Translations under genes and position numbers: made by a program | Shown: piece by piece, positions 28,897-38,687 of the stretch | Numbering within the stretch: position 1 is the stretch's first letter | How the letters are laid out: every line of letters starts with the position of its first letter | Assembly: GCA_964291235.2 (NCBI GenBank) | Contig: OZ219816.1 | Location: 1,824,001-1,888,000 of the forward strand | DNA: 64,000 bases | Origin: Vicinamibacteria bacterium | GTDB taxonomy: Bacteria > Acidobacteriota > Vicinamibacteria > Marinacidobacterales > Marinacidobacteraceae | Reading direction: 5' to 3' | Notes under the pieces: model-generated | Seen by the model: only the letters and a program-made list of their open reading frames with translations | What the model was told of the DNA's origin: nothing | The model's database searches: none

Positions 28897-30450
28897 CTAA
28901 CCCGCTTCTCCCACCACCCGTACCCGGACCCGCCGGGCATCGCCCGGCAGATAAGCGAGCGGCAGGTCCTCCCGCTCGACCACTTCCAGCCCGCCGGGAG
29001 CGGCCCCCGCGGCCACCGCCCGCCCTTCGGCCTCCTCCTGAGCGAGCCGGAAGGCCTCCTCGCGGCCCACGTCGTGAAACACCTTGTCCACCTCGCCGCC
29101 GATCCGGGCGATGGCGGCGCCGACCGCATTCGCGACTCCGGCATGCGGCACGTTCACGGTCTCCGAAATCCCCTCCAGTCCGGAGGGCACCAGAAAGGCC
29201 CCGCCTCCCACCGCGAGCAGTGGGCAATCCCGGGCGTCGGGTTTCATCCGGTCCACAGCCTCCGCGATCTGCTCTCCCACCGTATCGGTGAAGCGCGCGA
29301 GCACCCGTCCGGAGAGCCCTGCAACCAGCTCCTGATCGCCAATCTCGGCCCAGCCGGCCGCCACCCCGCAGTCGGTGGCGGTGCGCACGTGGCCTCCGAA
29401 TACCAGGCCCTGTTCGGCGAGGCGGAATCCCACGCTTTGCGGCCCTACCTCCCCGCCGTCACCCGACACCCGGCTCCCCCCACCGAGCGCAATGGAGAGC
29501 AGGTCCGGCATCCGGAACAGGGTGCGGACCCCGCCCACCTCGACCTCGCGCGGCGCTTCACGCGGGAATCCGGCGCGCAGGTAACCGACGTCGGTGGTGG
29601 TGCCGCCCACGTCCACCACCACCCCTTCGGAAGCACCGGAGAGGAACGCCGCCCCCGTCATGCTGTTCGTGGGTCCCGAGGAGAGACTCAGCACGGGGAA
29701 TTCCGCGGCGGCCGCCGCACCGGCGATCGTGCCGTCGTTCCGGGCGATGAAGAGCGGCGCCTCGGTTCCGATCGCCGCGGCGGCGTCGGCGAACGCCTTC
29801 GTCACCCGGGCGGCGAGTGGCCGAAGGGCCGCGTTCAGGAGCCCCGCGCTCTCCCGCCCGAGCAGCCCGATCCGTCCCAGCCGGCGCGACTCGGTGATCG
29901 AAGCGTCCGGATGGACGTCCTGAAGGATCTCGGCCGCTCGCGCCTCGGCGCTGCCGTCAAGGGGAGCGAAGACCGCGCTCAGGGAAATCTCACGGATTCC
30001 GGCCTTCCGGATCTCCTGTCCCGCCTCCGCGACCGCCAGCTCGTCGAGCGGAACGATGGGCCGCCCGTCGCATTCGTGGCCGCCCTCGACCATGAAGACC
30101 GGCCCCCGCACGATCCCGGCGAGCCGCTCCGGCCAATCACAAAACGGCGGCAGCGAAGCGCTGGCCGGCAGCCCCACCCGCAGCGCGGCCACCCGCTCGA
30201 GACCGGTCCCGGTGAGGACCGCGTTCGTGAAGTGGGTGGTTCCGATCACCACCCGGGAAACGTCGGAGGAAGCTGCACCCCCACCCAGCACTCCCGAGAG
30301 CGCCGCCACCACTCCGGAAGTGACCCCGGCCGTGGTCCGCGCCTTGACCTCGCTGACAACCTCCCCGCCGCGCATCAGCACGGCGTCCGTGTGCGTCCCC
30401 CCGACATCCACGCCGACGCGGGCGGTGGGCCGCGAATCCGGAGAGGTCAC
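28897..30450 (-). CDS. Hydantoinase/oxoprolinase family protein (HyuA-like A subunit)
   Basis: GVDVGGTHTDAV, IGTTHFTNA, SGPTNSM.GAA, DVGGTTTD, LGGGS and ANAVGAA motifs. Confidence 0.9.
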   Translation of the reverse strand: MTSPDSRPTARVGVDVGGTHTDAVLMRGGEVVSEVKARTTAGVTSGVVAALSGVLGGGAASSDVSRVVIGTTHFTNAVLTGTGLERVAALRVGLPASASLPPFCDWPERLAGIVRGPVFMVEGGHECDGRPIVPLDELAVAEAGQEIRKAGIREISLSAVFAPLDGSAEARAAEILQDVHPDASITESRRLGRIGLLGRESAGLLNAALRPLAARVTKAFADAAAAIGTEAPLFIARNDGTIAGAAAAAEFPVLSLSSGPTNSMTGAAFLSGASEGVVVDVGGTTTDVGYLRAGFPREAPREVEVGGVRTLFRMPDLLSIALGGGSRVSGDGGEVGPQSVGFRLAEQGLVFGGHVRTATDCGVAAGWAEIGDQELVAGLSGRVLARFTDTVGEQIAEAVDRMKPDARDCPLLAVGGGAFLVPSGLEGISETVNVPHAGVANAVGAAIARIGGEVDKVFHDVGREEAFRLAQEEAEGRAVAAGAAPGGLEVVEREDLPLAYLPGDARRVRVRVVGEAG

Positions 30451-31532
30451 GGGAAGAGCGGGGTGAAATCGAGGTCGAACCCGAACGCCCGGGGACCGAC
30501 CAGTTGGAGCGCCGCCTCGGTCTGGAGCGCGGCCGGCGAGGCAAGCGCAATGACCTGGACCCGCTGTCCGTAGGCGATCACCTCGGTGCCAAGCGCTTCG
30601 CCGCTTGCGGAATCCACCACCGTCAGGATGTCGGGGGTCATCCCGGCAGGCTCACCATCCCGGAAAGCGACAGCGAACTCATTCTGGAAATGAAGCGCCA
30701 TCGTCGATCCCCGGTCCACTCCGAGCCCCGTGATGGTGGCCACGCCACGCAGGAAACCCCGCGTCGTACGGCGTTCCATGTCGGAGACCTTGCCCCGGAA
30801 AAGGACGAGGCCTCCTTCCGAAGTCAGGACCGCCGCTACCGGATCTTCGCCCCGCTCCCGCGCCCGGCGCGCGGCGGCGCCGATCCTCAGGGCCCGGGTG
30901 ACGGAGCCCAGGATCGCGTGGTCCTTGATCTCGCGGCCGGTGCGCGGCGCCTTCGCGGTGGCAGCGATGGAACCGACCTCGGTCACCGCGACCCGTCCGA
31001 GTCGTTCCTGCCACTGCCAGCTCGCGGCGCGCTCGACAATGACGATGTTGTCCCGCACATCAGCGAGGCAGAAGGGGTAATTGCGCAGGTTCGCAATCGC
31101 GAACGTGGTCATCTGCGCCTCGGGAAAAGCCCGTCCCATGCAGTCCGCGTCCAGCACCGGAAGCCCGGTCCGGGACGCCACCAGGAAGCTCTGTAGCGAG
31201 TTCGACCCGCCGATTTCAAGCGACATCACGGCCTTGAAGGGCCGGCCGAGGCGCTCGGCGAGCACCTCGACGGGCCGCGCCGCGACGTCGGGATCAGGGA
31301 GCCGTTCCTCGCCGACGAGGGGCGCCCCCATGGTCGAAACCACGGCCACCAGGTCGTCGTCGGCGAGGGACCCGGCGGGGATGACCACCGGCCGGAACCC
31401 CCGCGCCGTTTCCCGGCGGAGGTTCAGCAGCGAGTGGTAGGGGTTCCCGCCGCCGCCGGCCCCCAGGATCCAGGCGCCGGCGGCGAGATCCTCGATCTCC
31501 GCGGGCCCGAGTTCCCGTCCGCCGTCGGTCAT
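30447..31532 (-). CDS. DUF917 family protein (S-methyl thiohydantoin desulfurase-like)
   Basis: LGAGGGG.P, MGAP, EIGG.N, DAD.MGRAFPE.QM, F.GKV, F.NEF and PD.... motifs; translationally coupled to the HyuA-like gene. Confidence 0.85.
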   Translation of the reverse strand: MTDGGRELGPAEIEDLAAGAWILGAGGGGNPYHSLLNLRRETARGFRPVVIPAGSLADDDLVAVVSTMGAPLVGEERLPDPDVAARPVEVLAERLGRPFKAVMSLEIGGSNSLQSFLVASRTGLPVLDADCMGRAFPEAQMTTFAIANLRNYPFCLADVRDNIVIVERAASWQWQERLGRVAVTEVGSIAATAKAPRTGREIKDHAILGSVTRALRIGAAARRARERGEDPVAAVLTSEGGLVLFRGKVSDMERRTTRGFLRGVATITGLGVDRGSTMALHFQNEFAVAFRDGEPAGMTPDILTVVDSASGEALGTEVIAYGQRVQVIALASPAALQTEAALQLVGPRAFGFDLDFTPLFP

Positions 31533-31572
31533 CCGGGCGATGCTAAACAAAAAGACCGGCGGCGGAGCCGGA

Positions 31573-31601
31573 TTGACCTCCTCCATGCCCCTCTCCATAA
31601 T
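31573..31601 (+). promoter_or_regulatory. Sigma70-type promoter of the sterol reductase gene
   Basis: TTGACC-17 nt-CATAAT, followed by an AGGGAGG RBS and ATG at 31634. Confidence 0.7.
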
Positions 31602-31633
31602 GGGCGGGCCGCGACAGGGAGGGGATTTCGGTC

Positions 31634-32773
31634 ATGATCGAATGGCTTGGGATTGGACACCTGTTCGAGCTGTCCGGGACGGAGGCGATCCTGGGGTTTT
31701 TCACCCCGCTCGTCGTCTTCGCGGCCTTTGCCGTGGTGCAGCTCATCCTGCCGGGCCGGTGGGTTCCGGGGTATGTCGTCGATTCGGAGACCGGTGAACC
31801 GCGCAAGTACCGGCTGAACGGCATGCTGGTGTTCGCCGTCATGCTGATCGTGTGGGCCTTCGAGCTCACCGGGATGCCGCGTGACTGGTTCTACCGGTCC
31901 TCGATCTATGCCGTGGCCGGCGGCACGGTCCTCACCATCATCTTCACGATCCTGGCGGTGTTCAGCCAGCCGCCCGGCAAGGTAAAGAGCCGGTTCCTGG
32001 CGTGGTGGTTCGGGCGGGCCCAGGAGATCCAGTTCTTTGGCGGACGCTTCGACGTGAAAATGTGGTTCTACGTCGTCGGCGGGACGATGTTGTCGCTGAA
32101 CGCCCTGTCCGGGGCCGTTTACCACTACGAACTCTTCGGCCAAAACTCCAATCCGGGCGTTTTCATCTACGCGGGGTTCTTCACGTTCTACGTCCTGGAC
32201 TACTTCGTCTTTGAGCGCGTCCAGCTCTACACCTACGACCTGATCCACGAAAACGTCGGCTTCAAGCTGTTCTGGGGTGGACTGGTGGTCTATGGATGGA
32301 TGTTCATCCTCCCGCTCTGGGGCATGGCGGTTCACCCGAATCCGGGGTTTTCGCCGGGGGCGACGAACTTCTGGCTCGTCGGGACGGTGGCGCTGTTCCT
32401 CTTGGGATGGAGCATCTCGCGGGGAGCCAACCTGCAGAAGTACACCTTCAAGCGTTGGCCCGACCGCAAGTTCCTAGGGCTGATCCAGCCCGAGTACATC
32501 CAGGCCGAGGATCGCAAGATCCTGTGCAACGGTCTGTGGGGCGTCGCGCGCCACTTCAACTACATGGGGGAAGGGTTTCTTTCCCTGTCCATCGCCCTGA
32601 TATTCGGCCACTTCACGAACCCTTGGGCCTGGACCTATTTCGTCTTCATCGTCTCGATGTTCACCTACCGTCAACTCGATGACGACGCACACTGCGCCGA
32701 GAAATACGGCGCCGAGAAGTGGGCGGAGTACCAGTCACGGGTGCCGTACCGCATTATTCCCGGCATCTACTGA
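31634..32773 (+). CDS. ERG4/ERG24 family sterol reductase (Delta14/Delta7/Delta24(28) type)
   Basis: Polytopic membrane protein with YRLNG, D..HE..GF.L.WG, GAN.QK..F, GLWGVARHFNYMGE and R..DD..C.EKYG..W.EY..RVPYRIIPGIY. Confidence 0.9.
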   Translation: MIEWLGIGHLFELSGTEAILGFFTPLVVFAAFAVVQLILPGRWVPGYVVDSETGEPRKYRLNGMLVFAVMLIVWAFELTGMPRDWFYRSSIYAVAGGTVLTIIFTILAVFSQPPGKVKSRFLAWWFGRAQEIQFFGGRFDVKMWFYVVGGTMLSLNALSGAVYHYELFGQNSNPGVFIYAGFFTFYVLDYFVFERVQLYTYDLIHENVGFKLFWGGLVVYGWMFILPLWGMAVHPNPGFSPGATNFWLVGTVALFLLGWSISRGANLQKYTFKRWPDRKFLGLIQPEYIQAEDRKILCNGLWGVARHFNYMGEGFLSLSIALIFGHFTNPWAWTYFVFIVSMFTYRQLDDDAHCAEKYGAEKWAEYQSRVPYRIIPGIY

Positions 32774-32838
32774 GACGGTTTCGTGCGAAGTCCGGGCAAG
32801 GCGCCGGTCATGAGTTGACCGGGCTGCCCGGATTCTCC

Positions 32839-33507
32839 ATGCCGACCGTCCACTTCCTGACCATCGGCCAGTCGCCGCGGCCGGACGTGGTGCCGGAAAT
32901 CCTGGGAATGCTGGGAGAGCGCGCAGACGCGATCACGGCCGTGGAAGCGGGCGCCCTCGATGGATTGACGCGGGAAGAGGTCCGCGGAGGCGCGCCGCGG
33001 GCGGGCGAGATGCCGCTGGTTTCGCGGCTGCGGAGCGGGGAAGAGATCGTGATCGGAGAGGACTTTGTCGAGGAACGGATGGCGGCGCTCCTCAGCGAGA
33101 TCCCGCCGGACGACATCGCAGCCATCCTCTGCACCGGACCCTTTCGGGGAATTGGCGAACGCCCGGGGCTCGTCAAGGCCGGCCCGATCTTCGACCGGAC
33201 GCTGCGAGCCGCCACCGCTCCGGGGGCCACGGTCGGAATGCTGATTCCGGAACCGCGGCAGGAAGCCGACGCTCGGCGACGGGTCCCTGACGATTCCCCG
33301 TGCGTGATCGGAGTCGCGTCTCCCTATTCGGACGGCGGAGTGGAGGGGCGGCTGGCGAATGAGTTCCGGGACGTGGACGTCATCGGTTTGAACTGCCTCG
33401 GCTACGGCGGCCCCCTGGAAGCGGCGGTCGCGCGCGCCACCGGAAAACCGGTGGTCCTCGCGCGTCGGGCGCTCGCGGAGGCGGTGCGGCGCCTGGTGGC
33501 TGGCTAA
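32839..33507 (+). CDS. AroM family protein
   Basis: TIGQSPRPDV..E, E.GALDGL, LVSRL..G, LCTG.F, ASPY and L.C.GY motifs. Confidence 0.88.
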   Translation: MPTVHFLTIGQSPRPDVVPEILGMLGERADAITAVEAGALDGLTREEVRGGAPRAGEMPLVSRLRSGEEIVIGEDFVEERMAALLSEIPPDDIAAILCTGPFRGIGERPGLVKAGPIFDRTLRAATAPGATVGMLIPEPRQEADARRRVPDDSPCVIGVASPYSDGGVEGRLANEFRDVDVIGLNCLGYGGPLEAAVARATGKPVVLARRALAEAVRRLVAG

Positions 33508-33519
33508 CGCCGCGGTGGT

Positions 33520-33842
33520 GATTGAGTCAGCGAGTTTCGCGGCCAGGAGCGCCAGCCTCCAGGCTGGCATCGCCGAGCGAAGCGAGGCGAAACTCTCGTC
33601 GCTCGCTCGCCAGGATGGCGCCGCAGCCCGGCGCCATGGCGCAGCGCTGCTCATGCGGCGGTAAAGCGCTACGCCGTCCCCGTTTGGGTTGCCGTCGTCG
33701 GGGATGATTGAGTCAGGGAGTTTCGCTCCGCTGCGCGGAGCGATGCCGGCCGGAGGCCGGCGCTCCTGGGGCTGGGCGTCATGCGGCGGACGAATTCGCG
33801 AGTTCCGCAGCCTCCGGCGGCGGTGCCGGCCTGGAGGTCGGC
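33520..33842. repeat. REP/REPIN-like double-hairpin repeat cluster 1
   Basis: Partial copy 33520-33544, inverted copy 33546-33598, direct copy 33706-33766 and degenerate copy 33798-33842 of GGGAGTTTCGC-hairpin-GCGATGCCRGCC(N3-4)GGCYGGCGCTCC. Confidence 0.85.
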
Positions 33843-33922
33843 CCGGTCCTCCCGATGGGGGATCCCTTCCCGGATACCATCGGAAGCACCCGTCGCCCCA
33901 AGACATCGGAGGGGAGGAAGTC

Positions 33923-35917
33923 ATGCACCGACATTTGTCCATAGCCCTTTCCGCCGCCGCGCTGCTCGCCAGCGCCGCGGCCGCTGCCGCACAGGAATCG
34001 TCCCCGGTGGAGGAGGCATTCCGGGCCCAGATCTCCCTGCAGTCGGCAAGCGGCCCCCGCATCTCGCCCGACGGGAGCATGATCGCGTATTCCGTGGGCA
34101 CCACGGACTGGGAGAACAACCGGTTCGACCGGGAGATCTGGCTGGCTCCGGCCGACGGCGAGCCCTTCCGGCTCACCGACACTGAGGACGGCAGCAGTAG
34201 CGGGCACCGGTGGTCTCCGGACGGGTCCCAGCTCGGTTTCATCGCGGACCGTGGGGACGGCGCGCAGATCCACCTGATCCGCCCGGAGGGCGGCGAGGCC
34301 AGGCAGCTCACCTCCCACGACGGAGGCATCAACTCGTTCCGCTTCTCGCCCGACGGCAGCCGGATCGCGTTTTCGGCTTCCGACCCCGCTCCCGACGACT
34401 TCGAGGAGCGGGAGGAGAGCTTCGGGGACTACGCCGTCGAGGACAGGGACTTCCGCATGTCCCACCTCTGGGTTGTCGAGGTGCGCGACGGGGCCGAGCC
34501 CCGCCGCCTGACCGAAGGCGACGAATTCACGGTTGGGACGTTCGCGTGGTCACCGGACGGCGGCGAGATCGCCTTCGACCACACGCCCACCCCCCAGGTC
34601 GATTCGTTCCGGCAGGCGGACGTCTCGGTTGTCGAGGTGGCCAGCGGAACGGTCCGGGTGCTGGCCGGCGATCCCGGCCGCCAGCGCGGACCGCTCTGGT
34701 CGCCGGACGGCGCGCTCATCCTCTTCTCCACCTCCGGGGAAGCGAGCCCCTACTACGGCAACAGTGAACTCGCGGTGATCCCCGCGGCGGGCGGCGAATC
34801 CCGCATCCTGACCGCCGGCTTCGACGAGAACCCGTCCCCGGTGGCGTGGAACGACGACGGGGTGTTCTTCGTCGCTTCGCAGCGGACCGCCCGCCAACTG
34901 TTCCTGCTGGATCCCGACTCGCGCGACGTGACTGTGGCGCTGGACACCCCCGAGATGATCGCCACGGTGGACATCGCGCGCGATGGCTCCGCCATGGCGA
35001 TCCAGGGCGAGGACCGCACCACCGTCTCCGAGATCTTCCGGAAATCGGGGGGCGCCGGGGCTGAGCGGGTCACCGACATGACCTCCCAGTTGGCCGATTG
35101 GGGCGATCTGGGCACCCGCGAAGTGGTGACCTGGAATAGCGAGGACGGCGCCGAAATTGAAGGAGTGCTGATGAAGCCTCCCGGCTACGACCCTGCCCGC
35201 GCCTACCCGCTCATGGTGATCATCCACGGGGGACCCACCGGTACTTCCCGGCCCCAATTGGTCGGCGGCTACGTCTATCCCGCCCTCGAATGGCTCAAGA
35301 AGGGCGCCGTGGTGATGATGCCCAACTACCGCGGCTCGGCGGGCTACGGCGGCGAATTCCGAGCGCTCAACGTCCGGAATCTCGGCGTCGGCGACGCCTG
35401 GGACGTCCTCTCCGGTGTCGAAGCGCTCGTGGAACGCGGCGTGGCGGATCCGGACCGGGTCGCGGCGATGGGCTGGAGCCAGGGCGGCTACATCTCCGCC
35501 TTCCTGACCACCAGTAGCGACCGCTTCCGCGCCATCTCGGTGGGAGCCGGCATTTCCAACTGGATGACCTACTACGTCAATACCGACATCCACGGCTTCA
35601 CCCGGGAATACCTGAAGGCCACGCCCTGGGACGACCCCGAGATCTACGCCAAGACCTCTCCGATGACCTACATCAACCAGGCCAGCACCCCGACCCTGAT
35701 CCAGCACGGCGAGTTCGACGCCCGGGTGCCCACGCCCAACGCTTACGAGCTGTACCAGGGGCTCCAGGATGTCGGCGTCGAGACGGAGCTCATCATCTAC
35801 AAGGGTTTCGGTCACGGGATCACGAAACCGCGCGAACGGCTCGCAGCGATGGTGCACAACTGGGAGTGGTTCGCGCGTCACATCTGGGGCGAGGAAGAAA
35901 AGGCGACGAACGAGTAG
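33923..35917 (+). CDS. S9 family (acylaminoacyl/dipeptidyl) peptidase with PD40/WD40-like propeller
   Basis: Signal peptide, WSPDG repeats, IHGGP, NYRGS.GYG, GWSQGG nucleophile, HGE.D.RV and GHG. Confidence 0.93.
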   Translation: MHRHLSIALSAAALLASAAAAAAQESSPVEEAFRAQISLQSASGPRISPDGSMIAYSVGTTDWENNRFDREIWLAPADGEPFRLTDTEDGSSSGHRWSPDGSQLGFIADRGDGAQIHLIRPEGGEARQLTSHDGGINSFRFSPDGSRIAFSASDPAPDDFEEREESFGDYAVEDRDFRMSHLWVVEVRDGAEPRRLTEGDEFTVGTFAWSPDGGEIAFDHTPTPQVDSFRQADVSVVEVASGTVRVLAGDPGRQRGPLWSPDGALILFSTSGEASPYYGNSELAVIPAAGGESRILTAGFDENPSPVAWNDDGVFFVASQRTARQLFLLDPDSRDVTVALDTPEMIATVDIARDGSAMAIQGEDRTTVSEIFRKSGGAGAERVTDMTSQLADWGDLGTREVVTWNSEDGAEIEGVLMKPPGYDPARAYPLMVIIHGGPTGTSRPQLVGGYVYPALEWLKKGAVVMMPNYRGSAGYGGEFRALNVRNLGVGDAWDVLSGVEALVERGVADPDRVAAMGWSQGGYISAFLTTSSDRFRAISVGAGISNWMTYYVNTDIHGFTREYLKATPWDDPEIYAKTSPMTYINQASTPTLIQHGEFDARVPTPNAYELYQGLQDVGVETELIIYKGFGHGITKPRERLAAMVHNWEWFARHIWGEEEKATNE

Positions 35918-36021
35918 CCGCCGCCATCCGCGCGATCACGCGGGTCGGCGATCCGTAGTTCGCCCGCCGGCGGCGGATGGCGCCGACCCGAAGGCCGGCG
36001 CTCCCCCATACTTCGGGGCGC

Positions 36022-37602
36022 ATGGCTGAGCCGAGACGCCACCCGAGCATCTTCGAGCCCGGGACGCTGCTCTTCGGGGCGGCGCTGGCCCTGATCGGGG
36101 CCATCATCGGGATGGAGCTCCTGACCCGCGTCGGAATCAGCCCAAACAGCTCCATCATCGCCGCGGTACTCGCCATTGCAGTCGGGCGGATCCCGCTCGC
36201 CTTCACCCGCCGCTTCCGCAGCACCGCACGCCAGAACCTGCTCCAGACGGTCATCTCGGCGGCGACCTTCGGCGGGGCGAACGCGGTGTTGCTGCCGGCC
36301 GGGATGGTGTGGCTTTTCGGCCGGCCCGACCTCGTGCCCGTGATGATTCTCGGCGCGGTGCTCGGGTCGCTGCTCGACATCGCTCTGCTCTACCGGCTCT
36401 TCGGCAGCCGGGTGTTTCCGGCGGAGGGGCTCTGGCCCTCCGGGGTCGCCACCGCCGAATGTCTGCGGGCGGGAGACGAAGGCGGCCGGCGGGCGACGCT
36501 GCTGATCACCGGAGGGGTCGCAGGCGCCCTCGGACGGCTGGTGGGCATTCCCACCGACATTGTGGGGGTCTGCTGGATCGGGAACCAGGTGGCCCTGCTC
36601 ATGTTCGGGCTGGGGCTCCTCGCCCGCGGCTACGCGCCACCAGTTCTCGGGCTGGACCTCGCCGCCATCCACGCGCCCCACGGCATCATGATCGGCGCGG
36701 GGGCGGTGGCGCTGTGGCAGATGGGCCGAGCGATCCGCGGCCGCCAGGAATCACCCAGCACCTCATCCGCCACCGGACCCCAGCCCGGGCTCTCGACATT
36801 CGCCAAGGGGTACTCCCGCTTCGCGGCGGCGGCCGCGCTCGTCGCGGTTCTCGGTGGACTGCTGTCCGGGATGGGGATTCCCGGCGTCCTCGCCTTCGCG
36901 TTGTTCGCGGCGGCCGCCGCGCTCATTTCGGAACTCCTCTGCGGGGTTGCGGCGATGCACTCGGGGTGGTTTCCGGCCTTCGCGACCTCGCTCATCTTCT
37001 TGCTCCTGGGAATGCTGCTGGGGTTCCCGCCGCTCGCGCTGGTCCTCCTGACCGGCTTTGCCTCGGCCACCGGGCCCGCGTTCGCCGACATGGGCTACGA
37101 CCTGAAGGCGGGCTGGATCCTCCGGGGTCACGGCGAAGACCCGGACTATGAGATTCAGGGCCGGGCCGCGCAGCGCGGGGCGGAAGTCTTCGGGCTGCTC
37201 GTCGCTTCGGGACTCGTGCTGCTGACCTACGCCTCCTACTTCGAGGCGGACCTCTTTCCGCCCTACGACCGGGTCGCGGTGGCGACCATCGCGGCGGGAC
37301 AGAACCCGGGGCTCGCTCGCGAGCTCGCGATCTGGGCCGTGCCCGGGGCGATCCTGCAGGTCCTCGGCGGCCCCAACCGGCAGATGGGGGTGCTCTTCGC
37401 CACCGGGCTGCTGATCGTGAACCCGGTCGCCGGCTGGACCGCCCTCGCCGCGCTCCTCGTTCGACGGGTCGTGAGTTGGCGCACTGGCAACCGCTACGAC
37501 GGGCTGCGCTACATCGTGGCGGGCGGGCTGATCGCGGGGAGCGCCCTGATGAGTTTCTTCTCGGGCGTCGCCTCCGGAATGTTCAGCCGCCGGGTACCAT
37601 GA
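36022..37602 (+). CDS. OPT/YSL family transporter
   Basis: Multi-TM; G.SPNSSII, RQNLLQT.IS.ATFG, WP.GVATAE, AMHSGWFPAFA and GPAFADMGYDLKAG motifs typical of OPT genes found near AroM/DUF917. Confidence 0.85.
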   Translation: MAEPRRHPSIFEPGTLLFGAALALIGAIIGMELLTRVGISPNSSIIAAVLAIAVGRIPLAFTRRFRSTARQNLLQTVISAATFGGANAVLLPAGMVWLFGRPDLVPVMILGAVLGSLLDIALLYRLFGSRVFPAEGLWPSGVATAECLRAGDEGGRRATLLITGGVAGALGRLVGIPTDIVGVCWIGNQVALLMFGLGLLARGYAPPVLGLDLAAIHAPHGIMIGAGAVALWQMGRAIRGRQESPSTSSATGPQPGLSTFAKGYSRFAAAAALVAVLGGLLSGMGIPGVLAFALFAAAAALISELLCGVAAMHSGWFPAFATSLIFLLLGMLLGFPPLALVLLTGFASATGPAFADMGYDLKAGWILRGHGEDPDYEIQGRAAQRGAEVFGLLVASGLVLLTYASYFEADLFPPYDRVAVATIAAGQNPGLARELAIWAVPGAILQVLGGPNRQMGVLFATGLLIVNPVAGWTALAALLVRRVVSWRTGNRYDGLRYIVAGGLIAGSALMSFFSGVASGMFSRRVP

Positions 37603-38687
37603 GCGGGATGTCGCAAGCAGCCTGTGAACAAAGTCACGCGGCATTCGAACGGCGATGCATCCCGCCTGAAACGGGCCGCTGTGCGGCCCTCATCGTTGCG
37701 TTTGTGTCGGAATACACCCGGTATTCCTCCCTCACGCGCCGCCCCCACCGGGAGAACCGGGTCAGCCGGACCCCCACCGGGAGAACTGGGCCTCGCCGTT
37801 CTCGATGCTCCCGTCACGTTGTCCGCAGGCTGTTAAACGGCCGGCGCGTCGGCGTCTTCCCGGCCGCGCTTCTGATCCTTGCCGGTTGCGGAGGATCTCC
37901 CGAAGTCGAGGGCGAAGGCCCCTTGGTCGTTGCCGCCGACGTGGGGTTCGCCCCCCACGCCATGATGACCGCGAACGGCGAGGTGGAGGGGTTCAACGTG
38001 GACCTCGCCCGGGAGATTGCGGACCGGCTGGGCCGTCCGGGCTTCGAAATCGTGGACTCGGAGTGGTCCTCGATCTTCTCCGGGCTCTACGCGAAGAAGT
38101 TCGAGTTCGTGATCGCGCCGACCACGATCACCGCGGGCCGGGCCGAACGGGTATTGCTCACCGAGGGGTACCTGGACACGGACCCGGTCTTTCTCCGCCG
38201 CCGCGACGATGCCGAACTGACGGACCTGGCTCAGCTCCGGGGACAGTCGATCGCGGTGAACAACGGCTCGGCCTACGACCTCTGGGCCACCGACAACCAC
38301 GAGGCTCTCGGTTTCGAAGTGCTCCGCTACGGAAAGAATGCCGATGCGGTGCAGGCGGTGCTCTCCGGCCGGGCGTTCGCCAATCTGGTCGGCGAATCGG
38401 TCGCCATGTGGGCGGTGCGCCAGAACGCGGGAGTGCGGGCCGACTTCCGCATCCGGGCGGAGACGGCCTTCGCCGTGGCCTTCCGGAATGACGACGTCGA
38501 AACGCGCAACCAGGTGGAGGAAATCCTGGAGTGCATGAAGACTGACGGAACCATCGCGCGCATCCACCAAGAGTGGCTGGGGGTGGAACCGGCGCCGGGC
38601 TCCGCCGCGGTCACGGCGTATCCGGGATTCGGACCGCCCGGGCTCTCCGGGTTCATGGAGACGCCGGGACGCCAGCCCTGCGGGTGA
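37599..38687 (+). CDS. Polar amino acid ABC transporter substrate-binding lipoprotein (N-terminus carries an in-frame MITE; start uncertain)
   Basis: ATG overlaps the OPT stop (ATGA); lipobox LILAGC; FAP...G.VEGFNVDLA, TIT..R and ..K.DGT...I..EW SBP_bac_3 motifs. Confidence 0.85.
   Translation: MSGMSQAACEQSHAAFERRCIPPETGRCAALIVAFVSEYTRYSSLTRRPHRENRVSRTPTGRTGPRRSRCSRHVVRRLLNGRRVGVFPAALLILAGCGGSPEVEGEGPLVVAADVGFAPHAMMTANGEVEGFNVDLAREIADRLGRPGFEIVDSEWSSIFSGLYAKKFEFVIAPTTITAGRAERVLLTEGYLDTDPVFLRRRDDAELTDLAQLRGQSIAVNNGSAYDLWATDNHEALGFEVLRYGKNADAVQAVLSGRAFANLVGESVAMWAVRQNAGVRADFRIRAETAFAVAFRNDDVETRNQVEEILECMKTDGTIARIHQEWLGVEPAPGSAAVTAYPGFGPPGLSGFMETPGRQPCG
37616..37835. mobile_element. MITE with IS5/IS1182-like terminal inverted repeats
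   Basis: Imperfect ~30-bp TIRs CAGCCTGTGAACAA...TTGTCCGCAGGCTG; internal hairpins GGGCCGC-TGT-GCGGCCC and GGAATAC-ACCCG-GTATTCC; no transposase. Confidence 0.7.

Noticed and set aside
32839-33507. Link between AroM and the shikimate genes at the window start
   Set aside because: The name is historical; AroM has no established shikimate role and lies 30 kb away in a different context.
33689-33922. Extended N-terminus of the S9 peptidase and recurring 'ESGSFA...MPAGGRRS' peptides in ORFs at 33.7, 50 and 58 kb
   Set aside because: These are translations of the REP-like repeat; the peptidase has a good RBS and signal peptide at 33923.
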